The notes under the pieces: model-generated | The model's database searches: none | The model's input: the letters and a program-made list of their open reading frames with translations, nothing else | Told to the model about the DNA's origin: nothing | Shown here: positions 45,060 through 54,672 of the stretch, piece by piece | Layout: every line of letters starts with the position of its first letter | Numbering within the stretch: position 1 is the stretch's first letter | Program-made: the position numbers and the translations under genes | Assembly: GCA_937928595.1 (NCBI GenBank) | Contig: CALGJV010000017.1 | Coordinates: 64,744-128,743, forward strand | Source: an uncultured Phycisphaerae bacterium | Lineage (GTDB): Bacteria > Planctomycetota > Phycisphaerae > UBA1845 > Fen-1342 | DNA: 64,000 nucleotides | Direction of reading: 5' to 3'

Positions 45060-46100
45060 TCAGCGCCCCCGGCAGACGGACTGGAAGGCCGCAATGGCCC
45101 GGTCGATCCCGGCCGAGGACACATCGAGGTGCGTCACCGCCCGCACACGTTGCGGCGGTGTCGGCAGCATCCAGACCCCGTGCGCGCGCAAGCGGGCGAC
45201 GAAGTCGGCCGCCGTGGCCAGCGACGGCTCGACATCGAAAAGCACGATGTTCGTTTCGACCGTCGCCGGATCGAGCCGGATGCCGGGCAGCTCCGCGATC
45301 GCCTCCGCCAGCCGGCGTGCGTGGGCGTGATCCTCCGCCAGCCGTTCGACGTGATGGTCCAGTGCGTACAACGCTGCGGCCGCGAGGATGCCGGCCTGCC
45401 GCATCGCGCCGCCGAACATCTTGCGGAAGCGGTGCGCGCGCGTGATGAAAGGCTTCGGACCGGCGACGATCGAGCCCACGGGCGCGCCGAGGCCCTTCGA
45501 GAAGCACATTGACACGGTGTGGACGTGCTGCGTGTAGTCGGTGGGGCGGCAGCGGGCGGCCACGCACGCATTCATCAGCCGGGCGCCGTCCATGTGCAGG
45601 TGGAGCCCGAAGCGGTCGGCCGCGGCCCGGACTTCGGCCACCCGCGGCGCGGGCCACACGGAACCGCCCCCGCGATTGTTGGTGTTCTCGACGATGACCA
45701 TGCGCGAGTGCGGGAAGTGTGCGTTCTCAGGGCGGACGGCGGCCGCGACCTGCTCGGCCGTAAAGACGCCGCGCACGCCGGCGAGCAGGCGGACGCTGCA
45801 CCCGGAGAGAGCCGCCGGCCCGGCCGTTTCGTAGTTATAGCTGTGGGTGGTCTCGTCGATGATCAGTTCGTCGCCGGGCTCGGTAACGGCCCGGATGGCC
45901 ACCTGATTGGCCATGGAGCCGGAGGGCACGAACAACGCCGCTTCCTTGCCGAGCAGGGCGGCGCAGCGCTCCTGCAACGCGTTGACCGTTGGGTCATCGC
46001 CCAGCACATCGTCGCCGACCTCCGCGGCCGCAATGGCGGCCCGCATTTCCGGCGTGGGCTTCGTGACAGTGTCGCTCCGCAGGTCAACGACCGGCGTCAT
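45060..46100 (-). CDS. ltaE: Low-specificity L-threonine aldolase (PLP)
   Basis: [29 protein letters not shown] and [12 protein letters not shown] (PLP-Lys) blocks. Start at MTPVVDL (46100). Confidence 0.9.
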   Translation of the reverse strand: MTPVVDLRSDTVTKPTPEMRAAIAAAEVGDDVLGDDPTVNALQERCAALLGKEAALFVPSGSMANQVAIRAVTEPGDELIIDETTHSYNYETAGPAALSGCSVRLLAGVRGVFTAEQVAAAVRPENAHFPHSRMVIVENTNNRGGGSVWPAPRVAEVRAAADRFGLHLHMDGARLMNACVAARCRPTDYTQHVHTVSMCFSKGLGAPVGSIVAGPKPFITRAHRFRKMFGGAMRQAGILAAAALYALDHHVERLAEDHAHARRLAEAIAELPGIRLDPATVETNIVLFDVEPSLATAADFVARLRAHGVWMLPTPPQRVRAVTHLDVSSAGIDRAIAAFQSVCRGR

Positions 46101-47025
46101 TCTCAGCCCTCCAGCGCCGCGCCACCTCGGCCAACGCCTTCTCCAGTCGCTCGACTTCAACCTGCTTCTCGCGCACGGTGCGCTTCTCGAACCAGGCCGC
46201 CGGCTTGACGTCCTTGATGCGCGCGATCTTCGCGAGCGCGCGGTAGAGCGCATGGTCGAATTTCTCGGCCTCGGGCTTGAGTTCCGCCAGGAGCAGCTCG
46301 GCCGTGGGCGGCGTGAGGCGCTCGAGTGCCTGGGCGGCGACCTTGTCGTCGGCGCGGGCCAGCTCGAGCAGCTTCGTGGCCGAGTCGCGCGTGGAGAGCG
46401 CGGCCAAAGCGTCGATGGCCAGCTTGCGCACGCCCGCGTCGAGTCGCTCGCGGTCGAAAAGAGCGGCGACGGACCGGGCGGCCTTCGTGACGCGCCACTC
46501 GATGACGAGTCGCAGGGCGGTGGAGAGCTCCGGAGGCTTGGCCTCGGCGTTCTCCAGGGCCGTACGGATGCGGGTGTCGAAAAGCCGGTCGGCGTAGGCG
46601 GCGAGCACGGCGTTGAGCTTCTGCACGACGGCGTCGGCCTGCGCGACGCGGCTGGGTTCGAGGATGTCGAGCTTGTCGCCCTCCGGCGTCACGAACGACA
46701 TCATCTGGTTGGCGGAGTCGGACAGCCCGAACTCCTTGAGCACGTCGCGGTACTGACCGCGCTGAAGGCGCAGCGGCACGAAACGCTCAGAGAGACGGAC
46801 GACACGCGGATCCTGAAGCGCGCGAAATTGCATCTGGTCCAGCTGGTCGTCGCGGTCCCCCTTGCGCGAGAGGACGTAGACCAAGAGCGGCTTGAGCGTC
46901 CGCTGGGATTCGGCGACGGCAGCGCGGGGCTCGTCGCGCCAGTTGATCTCGCGCTGGGCCCAGGCCAGCGACGGCAGCAACAGCAGCAGTCCCACGGCAG
47001 AGCAGCGCATCGGGCACCTCCGCAT
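46084..47025 (-). CDS. Secreted thioredoxin-fold-like protein lacking CxxC, with C-terminal helical-repeat region
   Basis: Signal peptide [40 protein letters not shown]...FVPLRL...[10 protein letters not shown] resembles a DUF255/Thioredoxin_7 layout, but the Cys pair is replaced. The 3' end overlaps ltaE by 17 nt. The start could be 47010. Confidence 0.5.
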   Translation of the reverse strand: MRRCPMRCSAVGLLLLLPSLAWAQREINWRDEPRAAVAESQRTLKPLLVYVLSRKGDRDDQLDQMQFRALQDPRVVRLSERFVPLRLQRGQYRDVLKEFGLSDSANQMMSFVTPEGDKLDILEPSRVAQADAVVQKLNAVLAAYADRLFDTRIRTALENAEAKPPELSTALRLVIEWRVTKAARSVAALFDRERLDAGVRKLAIDALAALSTRDSATKLLELARADDKVAAQALERLTPPTAELLLAELKPEAEKFDHALYRALAKIARIKDVKPAAWFEKRTVREKQVEVERLEKALAEVARRWRAENDAGR

Positions 47026-47427
47026 CCTCGGTCGGGCCGGTCCGCCTTCTCGGCCAGACGCCCACCGGTCCGCGGCTATTCTACGCGCTTCCCACCGGTG
47101 CCGCCCCGGGAAAAACCGACCCAACCCGCGCCCTTGGAGGGCCGAAACACGGGGGCCGGCGGCCGGCGCGGGCACCGCTCGGGCGCTCCGCCGAGAGGCG
47201 CCGGCGAGGCGCCCGGCTCAGACCCCGTCTCCGGCCGCCGGGCGGCGCCGCGATGACGCGGCCGTCAACCCGGCAACCGCAGCCGCTGCACCGGTGCGGC
47301 TGGGCGGCGCGAGCTGCGGACTCCGGCGAGGGCGCCCGCCGGCTACCCGCGCTCGAGCCGTGCCGCGCGCCCCGGCGGCCGCAATAGTTCGAAATCGGCG
47401 GCCCACCGCGGGCATCCAGGGCGCCGG

Positions 47428-48342
47428 TCACCATTTTCGTCGGTGCCAGTACGTCATGAACGCAACGGCCGAGCCCAGCGCCAGCCCCAGAATGATCCAA
47501 AAGGCGAAGCGGTGCTCCTGCAAAGGAAGGGCCACGTTCATGGAGAATACGCTCACGACGAGCGTCGGCACCATGATGGCGATCGTGATGATGTTCAGCG
47601 TCTTCATCAGCACGTTGAGGTTGTTGCTGACGATCGAGGCCCGAGCGTCCATCAGGCTGGCGAGGATGTTCGAGTACATCTCGGCCTGCTTGTAGCACTG
47701 GTTGTTCTCGATGATGATGTCGTCGAGAAACTCGATCTCCTCCGTCCCCAGCCCGATCTTGGCCGCGTTGTTCTTGAGCTTCTCCAGCAGCGCCCCGTTC
47801 GAACTGATCGAGTTCACGTAGTACACGAGGCTCTTCTGGAGCGCGAACATGTTGATCAGGTGCCGGTTTTCCATCGACCGGTTGATCTCCTTCTGGAGCT
47901 CGTCGGACACCATGCTGATGCCCTTCAGGTGCTCGCGGAAGTGGATGATGGAGCGCGCCAGGATCGTCAGCATCACCCCCGGCACCGATTGCACTCGCAC
48001 GACCGGGTTGCCGTCGAGCAGCGACTGCTCCTCCGGCATCACGACGATCAAACGCCCCTTGAAAAGGAATAGCCCGGCCGACGAGACGCGGAACAAAAAC
48101 TGTTCCTTGCCCGAGTAGTTGCGCGGCCGCTTGTAGATCAGCGCGAAGTGCTCGGGCTCGAACTCGAGGCGTGACAGCTCGTCCGGGTCGAGGGCCGATG
48201 CGAACGTGTGGTCGTCGATCCGCAGTTCTTCGACCAGGTAACGTCGCTCGGCTTCGGTCGGCTGCACATACACGGCGACGTTGGCCGACGGGTCGTCAAC
48301 CTCCAGCAGCCGCCGGTCAATGATGCGATAGTCGTGCCGCAT
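47428..48342 (-). CDS. corA: CorA-family divalent cation transporter with SMN in place of GMN
   Basis: CorA architecture: a cytoplasmic alpha/beta plus coiled-coil region, MKTLNIITIAIMVPTLVVSVFSMNV, a second TM, and a basic C-terminus HRRKW. The gene is visibly less GC-rich than its neighbours. Confidence 0.8.
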   Translation of the reverse strand: MRHDYRIIDRRLLEVDDPSANVAVYVQPTEAERRYLVEELRIDDHTFASALDPDELSRLEFEPEHFALIYKRPRNYSGKEQFLFRVSSAGLFLFKGRLIVVMPEEQSLLDGNPVVRVQSVPGVMLTILARSIIHFREHLKGISMVSDELQKEINRSMENRHLINMFALQKSLVYYVNSISSNGALLEKLKNNAAKIGLGTEEIEFLDDIIIENNQCYKQAEMYSNILASLMDARASIVSNNLNVLMKTLNIITIAIMVPTLVVSVFSMNVALPLQEHRFAFWIILGLALGSAVAFMTYWHRRKW

Positions 48343-48679
48343 GCGCGTTCCGGAACGAGACGCCCTGACCGCCGGCCACGCTACCGCGCGCGGCACACAG
48401 CGGCAACCGGTTGCTGTTCATGCCGAGGGCCCGCGAGGAGAGCGAAAGGTGACGGCGCCGGGTCCCGCGACCGCCGCAGCGGGTGGCCCTCGCCCCGCCC
48501 ACCGGGCGGGTCTGTTATCGGCAGTGGACACCCGGGGCCGAACTAGAATGTGTCGGGCGGTGATGAACACGGAGTCGAGGCGCGCGATGCGAGAGACGCA
48601 GCATTGGCGGCGCGGGCCCCAGGCATGTGATTCGAGAGGAGCCGCCGCAACGGGCGGTCGCGGCCCGCGGGCGGCGCGG

Positions 48680-49999
48680 ATGTTCGCGTTCTTCGCGGCG
48701 GCGGCCGTCGCCGGGGGGCTTGGCGGCTGTCCACCGCTCAACCCGCCGCCCGACGGCAGCACACGCATTCGGTTACAGCGCGTGGCCGGAGGCTTCACGT
48801 CGCCCATCGATCTGGCGGCTCCGCCCGACGGCTCGGGGCGGCTGTTCTTGGCCGACCAGGTGGGAGTCGTCTGGGTCATTGACAACGCCGGCGCGGTGCT
48901 GCCCGCACCGCTGCTCGATCTACGCGCGCGCATCGACACGCTGAACGCGGCGTACGACGAGCGCGGGCTGCTCGGACTGGCGCTGCACCCGAGCTACAAC
49001 AGCAACGGCAAGCTGTATGTCTTCCACACAACGCCGCCGGGTAACGACGCGCCGCCCGGAAGCGCGACCGAGGTAAGGATCGCGGAGTACCGGATTTCGG
49101 CCACCGACCCCAACCGGGTCGACCCGGCGACGGAGCGCGTGATCCTGCGGATCGCCAAGCCGCAAGCCAACCACAACGGCGGCCAGCTCGCGTTCGGCCC
49201 GGACGGTTTCCTGTACATCGCCCTGGGCGACGGCGGCGGGGCAGGCGACGTCGGGTTCGGGCACACCGCCGACCTCGGCAACGCGCAGGATCTCACGAAC
49301 CTGCTGGGCAAGATTCTGCGGATCGACGTGAACAGCGGAACGCCCTACAGCGTGCCGCGGAGCAACCCGCTGGTCGAGCGCGGCGGCGGAGCCCGCGCGG
49401 AAATCTACGCCTACGGCTTCCGCAACCCGTGGCGGTTCTCTTTTGACACGCCGCCGGGGGCGGCGGCGCGGCTGTTCGTGGCCGATGTGGGTCAGGCCCT
49501 AATGGAAGAGGTGAACCTGGTCGAGATCGGCGGCAATTACGGCTGGAACCGCAAGGAAGGCACGCTCTGCTTCAACCCGCAGAGCATGCTCGCGCCGCCG
49601 GACGTCTGTCTCGACGAAATGCCCGACGGGTCCGTCCTGCGGCCGCCGATCCTGACCTACCGCCACACCGACGCCGGCGGCCCGTTCGGATCCGCTGTGG
49701 TGGGCGGCTTCGTCTATCGCGGAAGCACGGTGACGGCACTGAGCAAGCGCTACGTCTTCGGCGACTACGGCGCGAGCCCTTTGATCCCCAGCGGGCGGCT
49801 GTTCGCGGCCACCGAAGCCGGCGACGGAACGTGGAGCTTCACGGAAATTACCGTTGCCGACTCGGCGACCGGTCGAATGAGCGGCTTCCTGCTCGGATTC
49901 GGGCGGGATGCCGCGGGTGAGCTGTATGTACTGAGTCGGACCCAGACCGGGCCGACCGGCACCACCGGGGCGGTTGACCGGATCATCCCGGCACCGTGA
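48680..49999 (+). CDS. PQQ-dependent sugar (glucose/sorbosone) dehydrogenase-type beta-propeller lipoprotein
   Basis: Lipobox MFAFFAAAAVAGGLGGC. GSDH blocks DERGLLGLALHP, HNGGQLAFGPDGFLYIALGDGG and YAYGFRNPWRFSFD. Confidence 0.8.
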   Translation: MFAFFAAAAVAGGLGGCPPLNPPPDGSTRIRLQRVAGGFTSPIDLAAPPDGSGRLFLADQVGVVWVIDNAGAVLPAPLLDLRARIDTLNAAYDERGLLGLALHPSYNSNGKLYVFHTTPPGNDAPPGSATEVRIAEYRISATDPNRVDPATERVILRIAKPQANHNGGQLAFGPDGFLYIALGDGGGAGDVGFGHTADLGNAQDLTNLLGKILRIDVNSGTPYSVPRSNPLVERGGGARAEIYAYGFRNPWRFSFDTPPGAAARLFVADVGQALMEEVNLVEIGGNYGWNRKEGTLCFNPQSMLAPPDVCLDEMPDGSVLRPPILTYRHTDAGGPFGSAVVGGFVYRGSTVTALSKRYVFGDYGASPLIPSGRLFAATEAGDGTWSFTEITVADSATGRMSGFLLGFGRDAAGELYVLSRTQTGPTGTTGAVDRIIPAP

Positions 50000-50094
50000 C
50001 GCAGGCGGCGCTCGCGCATTGGGGTTGACCGCCAGGCGGCCTCCGGCGAAAGTGCGGGGGCTGCGCGGCGCGTTCGGCAGGGCGCCGCGTCGCG

Positions 50095-50177
50095 GCCGAA
50101 GTGGCGGAATGGCAGACGCGCGGGATTCAAAATCCCGTGGCCGCAAGGCCGTGAGGGTTCGAGTCCCTCCTTCGGTA
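50095..50177 (+). tRNA. tRNA-Leu (anticodon CAA), type II, no encoded CCA
   Basis: Acceptor GCCGAAG/CTTCGGT (G1.U72 wobble). Anticodon stem CGGGA/TCCCG with loop UUCAAAA (CAA at 50128-50130). Long extra arm TGGCCGCAAGGCCGTG. T arm GAGGG-TTCGAGT-CCCTC. Discriminator A. Confidence 0.85.
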
Positions 50178-50206
50178 GTCGCCCGGCCGAGTGGGCGGGC
50201 AGGGCG

Positions 50207-51448
50207 TCAGTTCGGCCAGTCGCGGGGGCCGCAGGACAGCAGCAACCCGGGGCCGGTGATCGGGTATCGCGCGAGGTAGGCGGCCAACGTCTCGCGGCTG
50301 ACGGCTTCGACGGCCGCGAGGCGGGCGGCGGGAGTGCGCGGGTAGCCGCGGGATTCGAGGTCGTCGATGAGCTGCATGAGGCGCGTGCGGGGGCTCTCGG
50401 ATTCGAGCGCAACCTGCGTGCGGCGACGGTTGCGGACGCGCTGCACCTCGTCCTCGCGGAAGCCGGCGCGCGTGACTTCCTCGGCCTGCTCCCGCAGCGC
50501 GGCGAGCATCGCCTCGCAGCGGTCCGGCTCGCCGTCGGCATACAGCGCCAGGTAGCCGCAGTCGGCGTAGGCGATCCAGGTAGCCCCGGCGTGGGTGCAG
50601 ATGCCTTTCTGGACGATGTTCCAGTAGCAGCGTGAGTTCGGACCGCCGAGCAGCGCCGTCAAGGCCTCGACGGTCTCCTCTTCGGCGTGGCCCTGCGGGA
50701 CGGAGGGGTACACCAGCGCCACGGTGTGCTGCTTGAACCGCTCCAGCCGGTACTTTCGCATGCCCGTCGGCAGCGGCGGCACCGGGACGGCGGCCGGCGG
50801 CGCCCCGTTGCCTCGGTCCCAATGGCCGCAGTAGCGGCCCGCGGCCGCGAAGACGGCTTCCGGCTCCAGCGCGCCAGCCGCGAGCAGGGTGACGCTGGCG
50901 GCTCCGTATCGGCGGCGATGGTAGTCCCGCAGGACCTCGTGCGGCAGGGCGGCGATGGTTTCCTTTTCGCCGAGTATCTCGTGCCCGAGCGGGTGCGAAT
51001 CAAAAAGGGTGCGGTGGACGAAGTTCGAGACCTGCCGCTCGAAGTCGTCGTCGCTCATCGCGATCTCTTCGAGAATGACGTTCCGCTCCGTTTCGAAGTC
51101 GGCGACGGGCAGGCTCGGCCGCAGCATGTCGGCCAGGAGCTCAAGCTGGGGCTCCAGTCGCGGGGCCGGAACCCAGCCGTAGTACACCGTGTGTTCCTTG
51201 CCGGTGAAGGCGTTGTAAATGCTGCCTAGCTCGTCGAAGCGCACGTTGATGTCGTGCCACGAGCGGCGGGGCGTGCCCTTGAAGCACATATGCTCGAGGA
51301 AGTGGCTTACGCCGTGCTCGTGCGGGGCTTCGTGCCGCGCGCCGGTCCGGACGTAGAACGCCACCGCCGCGGAACGCACGCGCGGCATTACCTCACAGAC
51401 GACGCGGAGTCCCGAGGGCAGCCGGTGTTCAACGAAACAGGAAGTCAT
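50207..51448 (-). CDS. M16 family (pitrilysin-like) zinc peptidase
   Basis: HFLEH inverted zinc motif and a downstream LEEI Glu. 413 aa from MTSCFVEH. The upstream part of ORF 50207..52153 is a non-coding extension. Confidence 0.8.
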   Translation of the reverse strand: MTSCFVEHRLPSGLRVVCEVMPRVRSAAVAFYVRTGARHEAPHEHGVSHFLEHMCFKGTPRRSWHDINVRFDELGSIYNAFTGKEHTVYYGWVPAPRLEPQLELLADMLRPSLPVADFETERNVILEEIAMSDDDFERQVSNFVHRTLFDSHPLGHEILGEKETIAALPHEVLRDYHRRRYGAASVTLLAAGALEPEAVFAAAGRYCGHWDRGNGAPPAAVPVPPLPTGMRKYRLERFKQHTVALVYPSVPQGHAEEETVEALTALLGGPNSRCYWNIVQKGICTHAGATWIAYADCGYLALYADGEPDRCEAMLAALREQAEEVTRAGFREDEVQRVRNRRRTQVALESESPRTRLMQLIDDLESRGYPRTPAARLAAVEAVSRETLAAYLARYPITGPGLLLSCGPRDWPN

Positions 51449-51516
51449 GGCGCGGATTGTAGCACGGCCGCCCGGCGGGCGGCGGTTCAGAGGGCCGCGC
51501 TCCGCGCCGGGTTGGT

Positions 51517-51969
51517 TCAGTCGCGCGCCGTATCGAGGTCGTCGTCTTCGTGACTCATGAACTCGACGCCGACGAGGTAGCCGTGGTGGGCCTGCGTGCA
51601 ATGGCGTACGACGGCGTGGCCGTAGCAGCTCAGCGCGGGCTGGTGGATCGCCAGCGAGATCTTGGTCTCGACCGGGATGGGCCGCCGGGTGCGCATCGCC
51701 AGCCCGTGCACGCTCAGGTTGTGCAGCGTCGCGAGCACGTGTCGCTCGCCGTAGCACTGCTCGGGCAGCCAGACCTCCACGGTCCCCGGAAACGGCCAGC
51801 GCTCTTCGCGGCGCGCCCCGGGCCCCTGCTTGGCCGTGGCGTTGACGCGGTGCGTATCCAGCAGCTCGGAGATGGCCTCCGGCGTGATGCGGACAATCTT
51901 CTCGGCGTCCATTGCTACATCTCCCGGCTGGCGGCCGCGTGCGACCGCCGGATCGCCTGAGGGTTTCAT
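51517..51969 (-). CDS. Stand-alone PilZ domain protein
   Basis: RREER (RxxxR) and NLSVHG (NxSxxG) with appropriate spacing. The start may be 51969 or 51912 (MDAEKIV). Confidence 0.65.
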   Translation of the reverse strand: MKPSGDPAVARGRQPGDVAMDAEKIVRITPEAISELLDTHRVNATAKQGPGARREERWPFPGTVEVWLPEQCYGERHVLATLHNLSVHGLAMRTRRPIPVETKISLAIHQPALSCYGHAVVRHCTQAHHGYLVGVEFMSHEDDDLDTARD

Positions 51970-52315
51970 CGGCGGAAGTGCGGGCCGCCATCAGCGGCAG
52001 GGGGGCGAGTCCGCCCGCGCCGGAACACCGCGAGACGAGACGCGCGGGGGTTCCCGGACGGCGCCGGGCGACACGGGGCAGGGCCGCGCGGCCCGTCCGG
52101 GAACGAAAACGGCCCGCGCAGCGTCTGCGATCGGGTGGCACGTCCGACAACACGAGCGGGCCTGCCGCCGCGGTGCCGCGGCCGGGCCGGGCTCACGCTT
52201 CCGGCTGGCGTAGCCGATGCACCAAGAGCCTTCGGCGGCCGCCGCGTAACGCGGGGCCGCCTTCGAGAACCCGTTCTGCCGCAACGTCTCAACCTCCCAA
52301 CCTGGAGTCGAGGCT

Positions 52316-53509
52316 ATGCGGCAAGCAAAGATCGGATTGTGGGGCGGACTGGCGTGGCTCGCGCTCGTCGCGGGCTGCGGCGGCGAGTTGCTCGAAACGC
52401 CAACGCCGGTGGCGAGCGGCAGCCGGACGGGGGGGGCAACCGGCGGGACCAGCTCGGCGGTCGCGGCACCGAGTACGTCGGTGGTCAGCGGGGCGGTTCC
52501 GGACGGCGCGGCCTACCAGCTCGTGTCGCTGGGCGCGGCCGACCTCGACGAGGGCGTGCGGATCGCGCTGCGCGGCGGCGTTCTGAACCGGGACACGCTG
52601 CTGGTGGTGCTGCTGGACGAGAACCAGAATCTGCTCCAGCGCGCGCTGGTTTCGGCCGGAAGCCCGCTCGAGCACACGCTGCGGTATCCGACGGAGACGC
52701 TTTACCTGGGGGTGGCGGCCGCTCCGGGCCGGACCGTGGGGTCGTTCGCTTTCGACGTCCAGCGGACGCCCGGGGTCGGCGCTCCTGCGCCGCGGCCCAC
52801 GGCGGTCTGGCTGAACTTCGCCGGGGGCGTGGGCGTGTCGGTCCACCGTCGGGCGGGTATCACCTTTCCGGAGTTCAACGCGCGCCTGTGCGGACCGGCT
52901 TACGCCGGCGCGACGACCGCGATGAAGGCGGCCATCGTCCAGGCGGTGCGGGCGGACTACGCGGGCTATAATGTCACAGTGCTGACTTCGGATGACGGTC
53001 CGCCGCCGAACACGCCGCATGCGACGGTGCACTTCGGCGGCTCCGACCCGCGGCTGCTGGGGCTGGCGGACAACGTGGACCGCTACAACGTTGACGAGTG
53101 GCAGACGGCCATCGTTTACTGCGAGAGCTTCGCCGACTTTGCCGCGATGCAGTTGACCGTCGCGGAAATGGGGCAGATGTTGGGCAACGTGGCCAGTCAC
53201 GAACTCGGACACCTGCTCGGCCTGTACCATACCCAGGTGCCCAGCGACATCATGGACACGACCGGAACCGCGTGGGATCTGGTGGCCGACCAAGCGTTCA
53301 CGCGTGCGGCGCTGGAGACGAGCGTGTTCCCGATCGGCTTCGAGGACTCCCCGGCACGCCTGCGCGAAACGGTCGGTGCGCGGGCGGTCAAACATGAGAC
53401 CGCGCGTCCGCAGAGCGCCGCGGAGGCGCAGCGCAAGCGCGAGCTGCGGGCGGTGCTGCGGGCCGCTCTGCCGACCCGCTGCGGCAACTGCCTGCATCCG
53501 GACGATTAG
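52316..53509 (+). CDS. Lipoprotein metzincin-type zinc metalloprotease (paralogue 1)
   Basis: Lipobox LALVAGC. HELGHLLGLYH (HExxHxxGxxH) followed by IMD (Met-turn-like). GGAG lies upstream of the ATG. Confidence 0.7.
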   Translation: MRQAKIGLWGGLAWLALVAGCGGELLETPTPVASGSRTGGATGGTSSAVAAPSTSVVSGAVPDGAAYQLVSLGAADLDEGVRIALRGGVLNRDTLLVVLLDENQNLLQRALVSAGSPLEHTLRYPTETLYLGVAAAPGRTVGSFAFDVQRTPGVGAPAPRPTAVWLNFAGGVGVSVHRRAGITFPEFNARLCGPAYAGATTAMKAAIVQAVRADYAGYNVTVLTSDDGPPPNTPHATVHFGGSDPRLLGLADNVDRYNVDEWQTAIVYCESFADFAAMQLTVAEMGQMLGNVASHELGHLLGLYHTQVPSDIMDTTGTAWDLVADQAFTRAALETSVFPIGFEDSPARLRETVGARAVKHETARPQSAAEAQRKRELRAVLRAALPTRCGNCLHPDD

Positions 53510-53545
53510 GGAAGAGGGCCGAGTGTCAACAGGAGGAGCCCGCGT

Positions 53546-54643
53546 ATGAGTTGGTGGCGGGACGGGCGGCTGGGCGGCGTTCTGGTGGCGGTCCTGGCGG
53601 TCGGCGTGCTCGGCGGCTGCCCGGTCGCCGCGACGGACGATGCACCGTTTCTCGACGGCGACGGGAACCTGCGGCCGGCGACGGCGACGGCCGTGACCTT
53701 CGGCGGCAGCGGCCGCGCGCGCTTCCGAGGGTCGATCGGCACGGCCGATGACATCGACGTGTTCGCGGTCGGCGTGTTGCAGCCGGGCGACCGGTTGTAC
53801 GTTGACGTGCAGGCCAAGAGCAGCGGCCTGGACCCGGTGGCGGCGGTGTTCGACAGCCGGGAGTACCTGCTCGCGTTCAACGACGACCGGACGCCGGACG
53901 GCTCCAACCTGAATCCGCTGATCGACATCGTCATCCCCGGGCGTACCGACGCCTACTTCGTCGGCATCATCGGCTATCCCGGCGTTGGTGCGACCGGCAC
54001 GTACGAGGTGACGATCCAGGTGACGCGCGACGTGGGCTTCGGCGGGGCGCGCGGACAGGTGGTGTACCTCGACTACCGGGGCGGGACGAACATCACGGTG
54101 CCGAACGTGGGACGGTTCAACCTTCCTCCGTTCAGCGCGACGGACGTCGGCCTGCCCGCGACCCAGACGGCCGCGCTCAAAGCACGCGTCACGCAAATCG
54201 TGCGCGAGCGCTACGTGGGGTATGACTTCACGGTAATCAGCTCGGACGAGAGCGGGCCCCCGTCCGGACCGCACTCGACCGTCTACTTCGGCGGCGACGA
54301 TCCGCAGGCGTTTGCGATCTCCGAGCAGATCGACACGTTTAACGCCGATCGCAGCGACGACGCGATCGTCTACACGCAGAGCTTCCAGGGGGCGTTCGGC
54401 GTGAGCCCCTCGTTCGAGCAGATGGCACAGGCGCTGGGCAACACCGTCGCCCACGAGATCGGCCATTTGCTGGGGCTGGTGCACACGGCCGACTGCGACG
54501 ACCTGATGGACTCGAGCTGCTTCAACAGCCGGCTGCTGGCCCCGCAGGCCTTCAAGTCGGCGGCGCGGCTCAGCACGTCCGTGTTCCCCTTCGGGTTTCA
54601 GTCGGCCACGGAAATCCTGACGTGGCTGTTGGGACTCGACTGA
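53546..54643 (+). CDS. Lipoprotein metzincin-type zinc metalloprotease with N-terminal PPC-like domain (paralogue 2)
   Basis: Lipobox GVLGGC. Pre-peptidase-C-terminal-like pattern DDIDVFAV...GDRLYVDV...AVFDS...LAFNDD...TYEVTIQV. HEIGHLLGLVH followed by LMD. Confidence 0.7.
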   Translation: MSWWRDGRLGGVLVAVLAVGVLGGCPVAATDDAPFLDGDGNLRPATATAVTFGGSGRARFRGSIGTADDIDVFAVGVLQPGDRLYVDVQAKSSGLDPVAAVFDSREYLLAFNDDRTPDGSNLNPLIDIVIPGRTDAYFVGIIGYPGVGATGTYEVTIQVTRDVGFGGARGQVVYLDYRGGTNITVPNVGRFNLPPFSATDVGLPATQTAALKARVTQIVRERYVGYDFTVISSDESGPPSGPHSTVYFGGDDPQAFAISEQIDTFNADRSDDAIVYTQSFQGAFGVSPSFEQMAQALGNTVAHEIGHLLGLVHTADCDDLMDSSCFNSRLLAPQAFKSAARLSTSVFPFGFQSATEILTWLLGLD

Positions 54644-54672
54644 CGGCGCGCGGTCGGGCCTCCGCCGAACGC

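Noticed and set aside
50064-50089. 8-bp GC hairpin (CGCGGCGC...GCGCCGCG) between the PQQ-dehydrogenase stop and tRNA-Leu as a terminator
   Set aside because: It has no U-tract and lies 5 nt from the tRNA 5' end. It could equally be a processing structure or chance, so confidence is too low for a feature call.
50000-50300. tRNA-Leu as an integration hotspot (genomic island or prophage junction)
   Set aside because: The tRNA is not followed by an integrase, a direct repeat of its 3' end, or a compositional break. The flanking genes are ordinary metabolic and peptidase genes.
52050-52104. 12-bp inverted repeat GTTCCCGGACGG...CCGTCCGGGAAC, with an internal GGGCCGCGCGGCCC palindrome, in the divergent PilZ/metzincin intergenic region
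   Set aside because: Allowing loops up to about 40 nt, a 12-bp GC-rich stem is expected about once in this window by chance (rough estimate). It has no U-tract and no recognisable motif. It may be a regulatory or leader structure, but this is not supportable from sequence alone.
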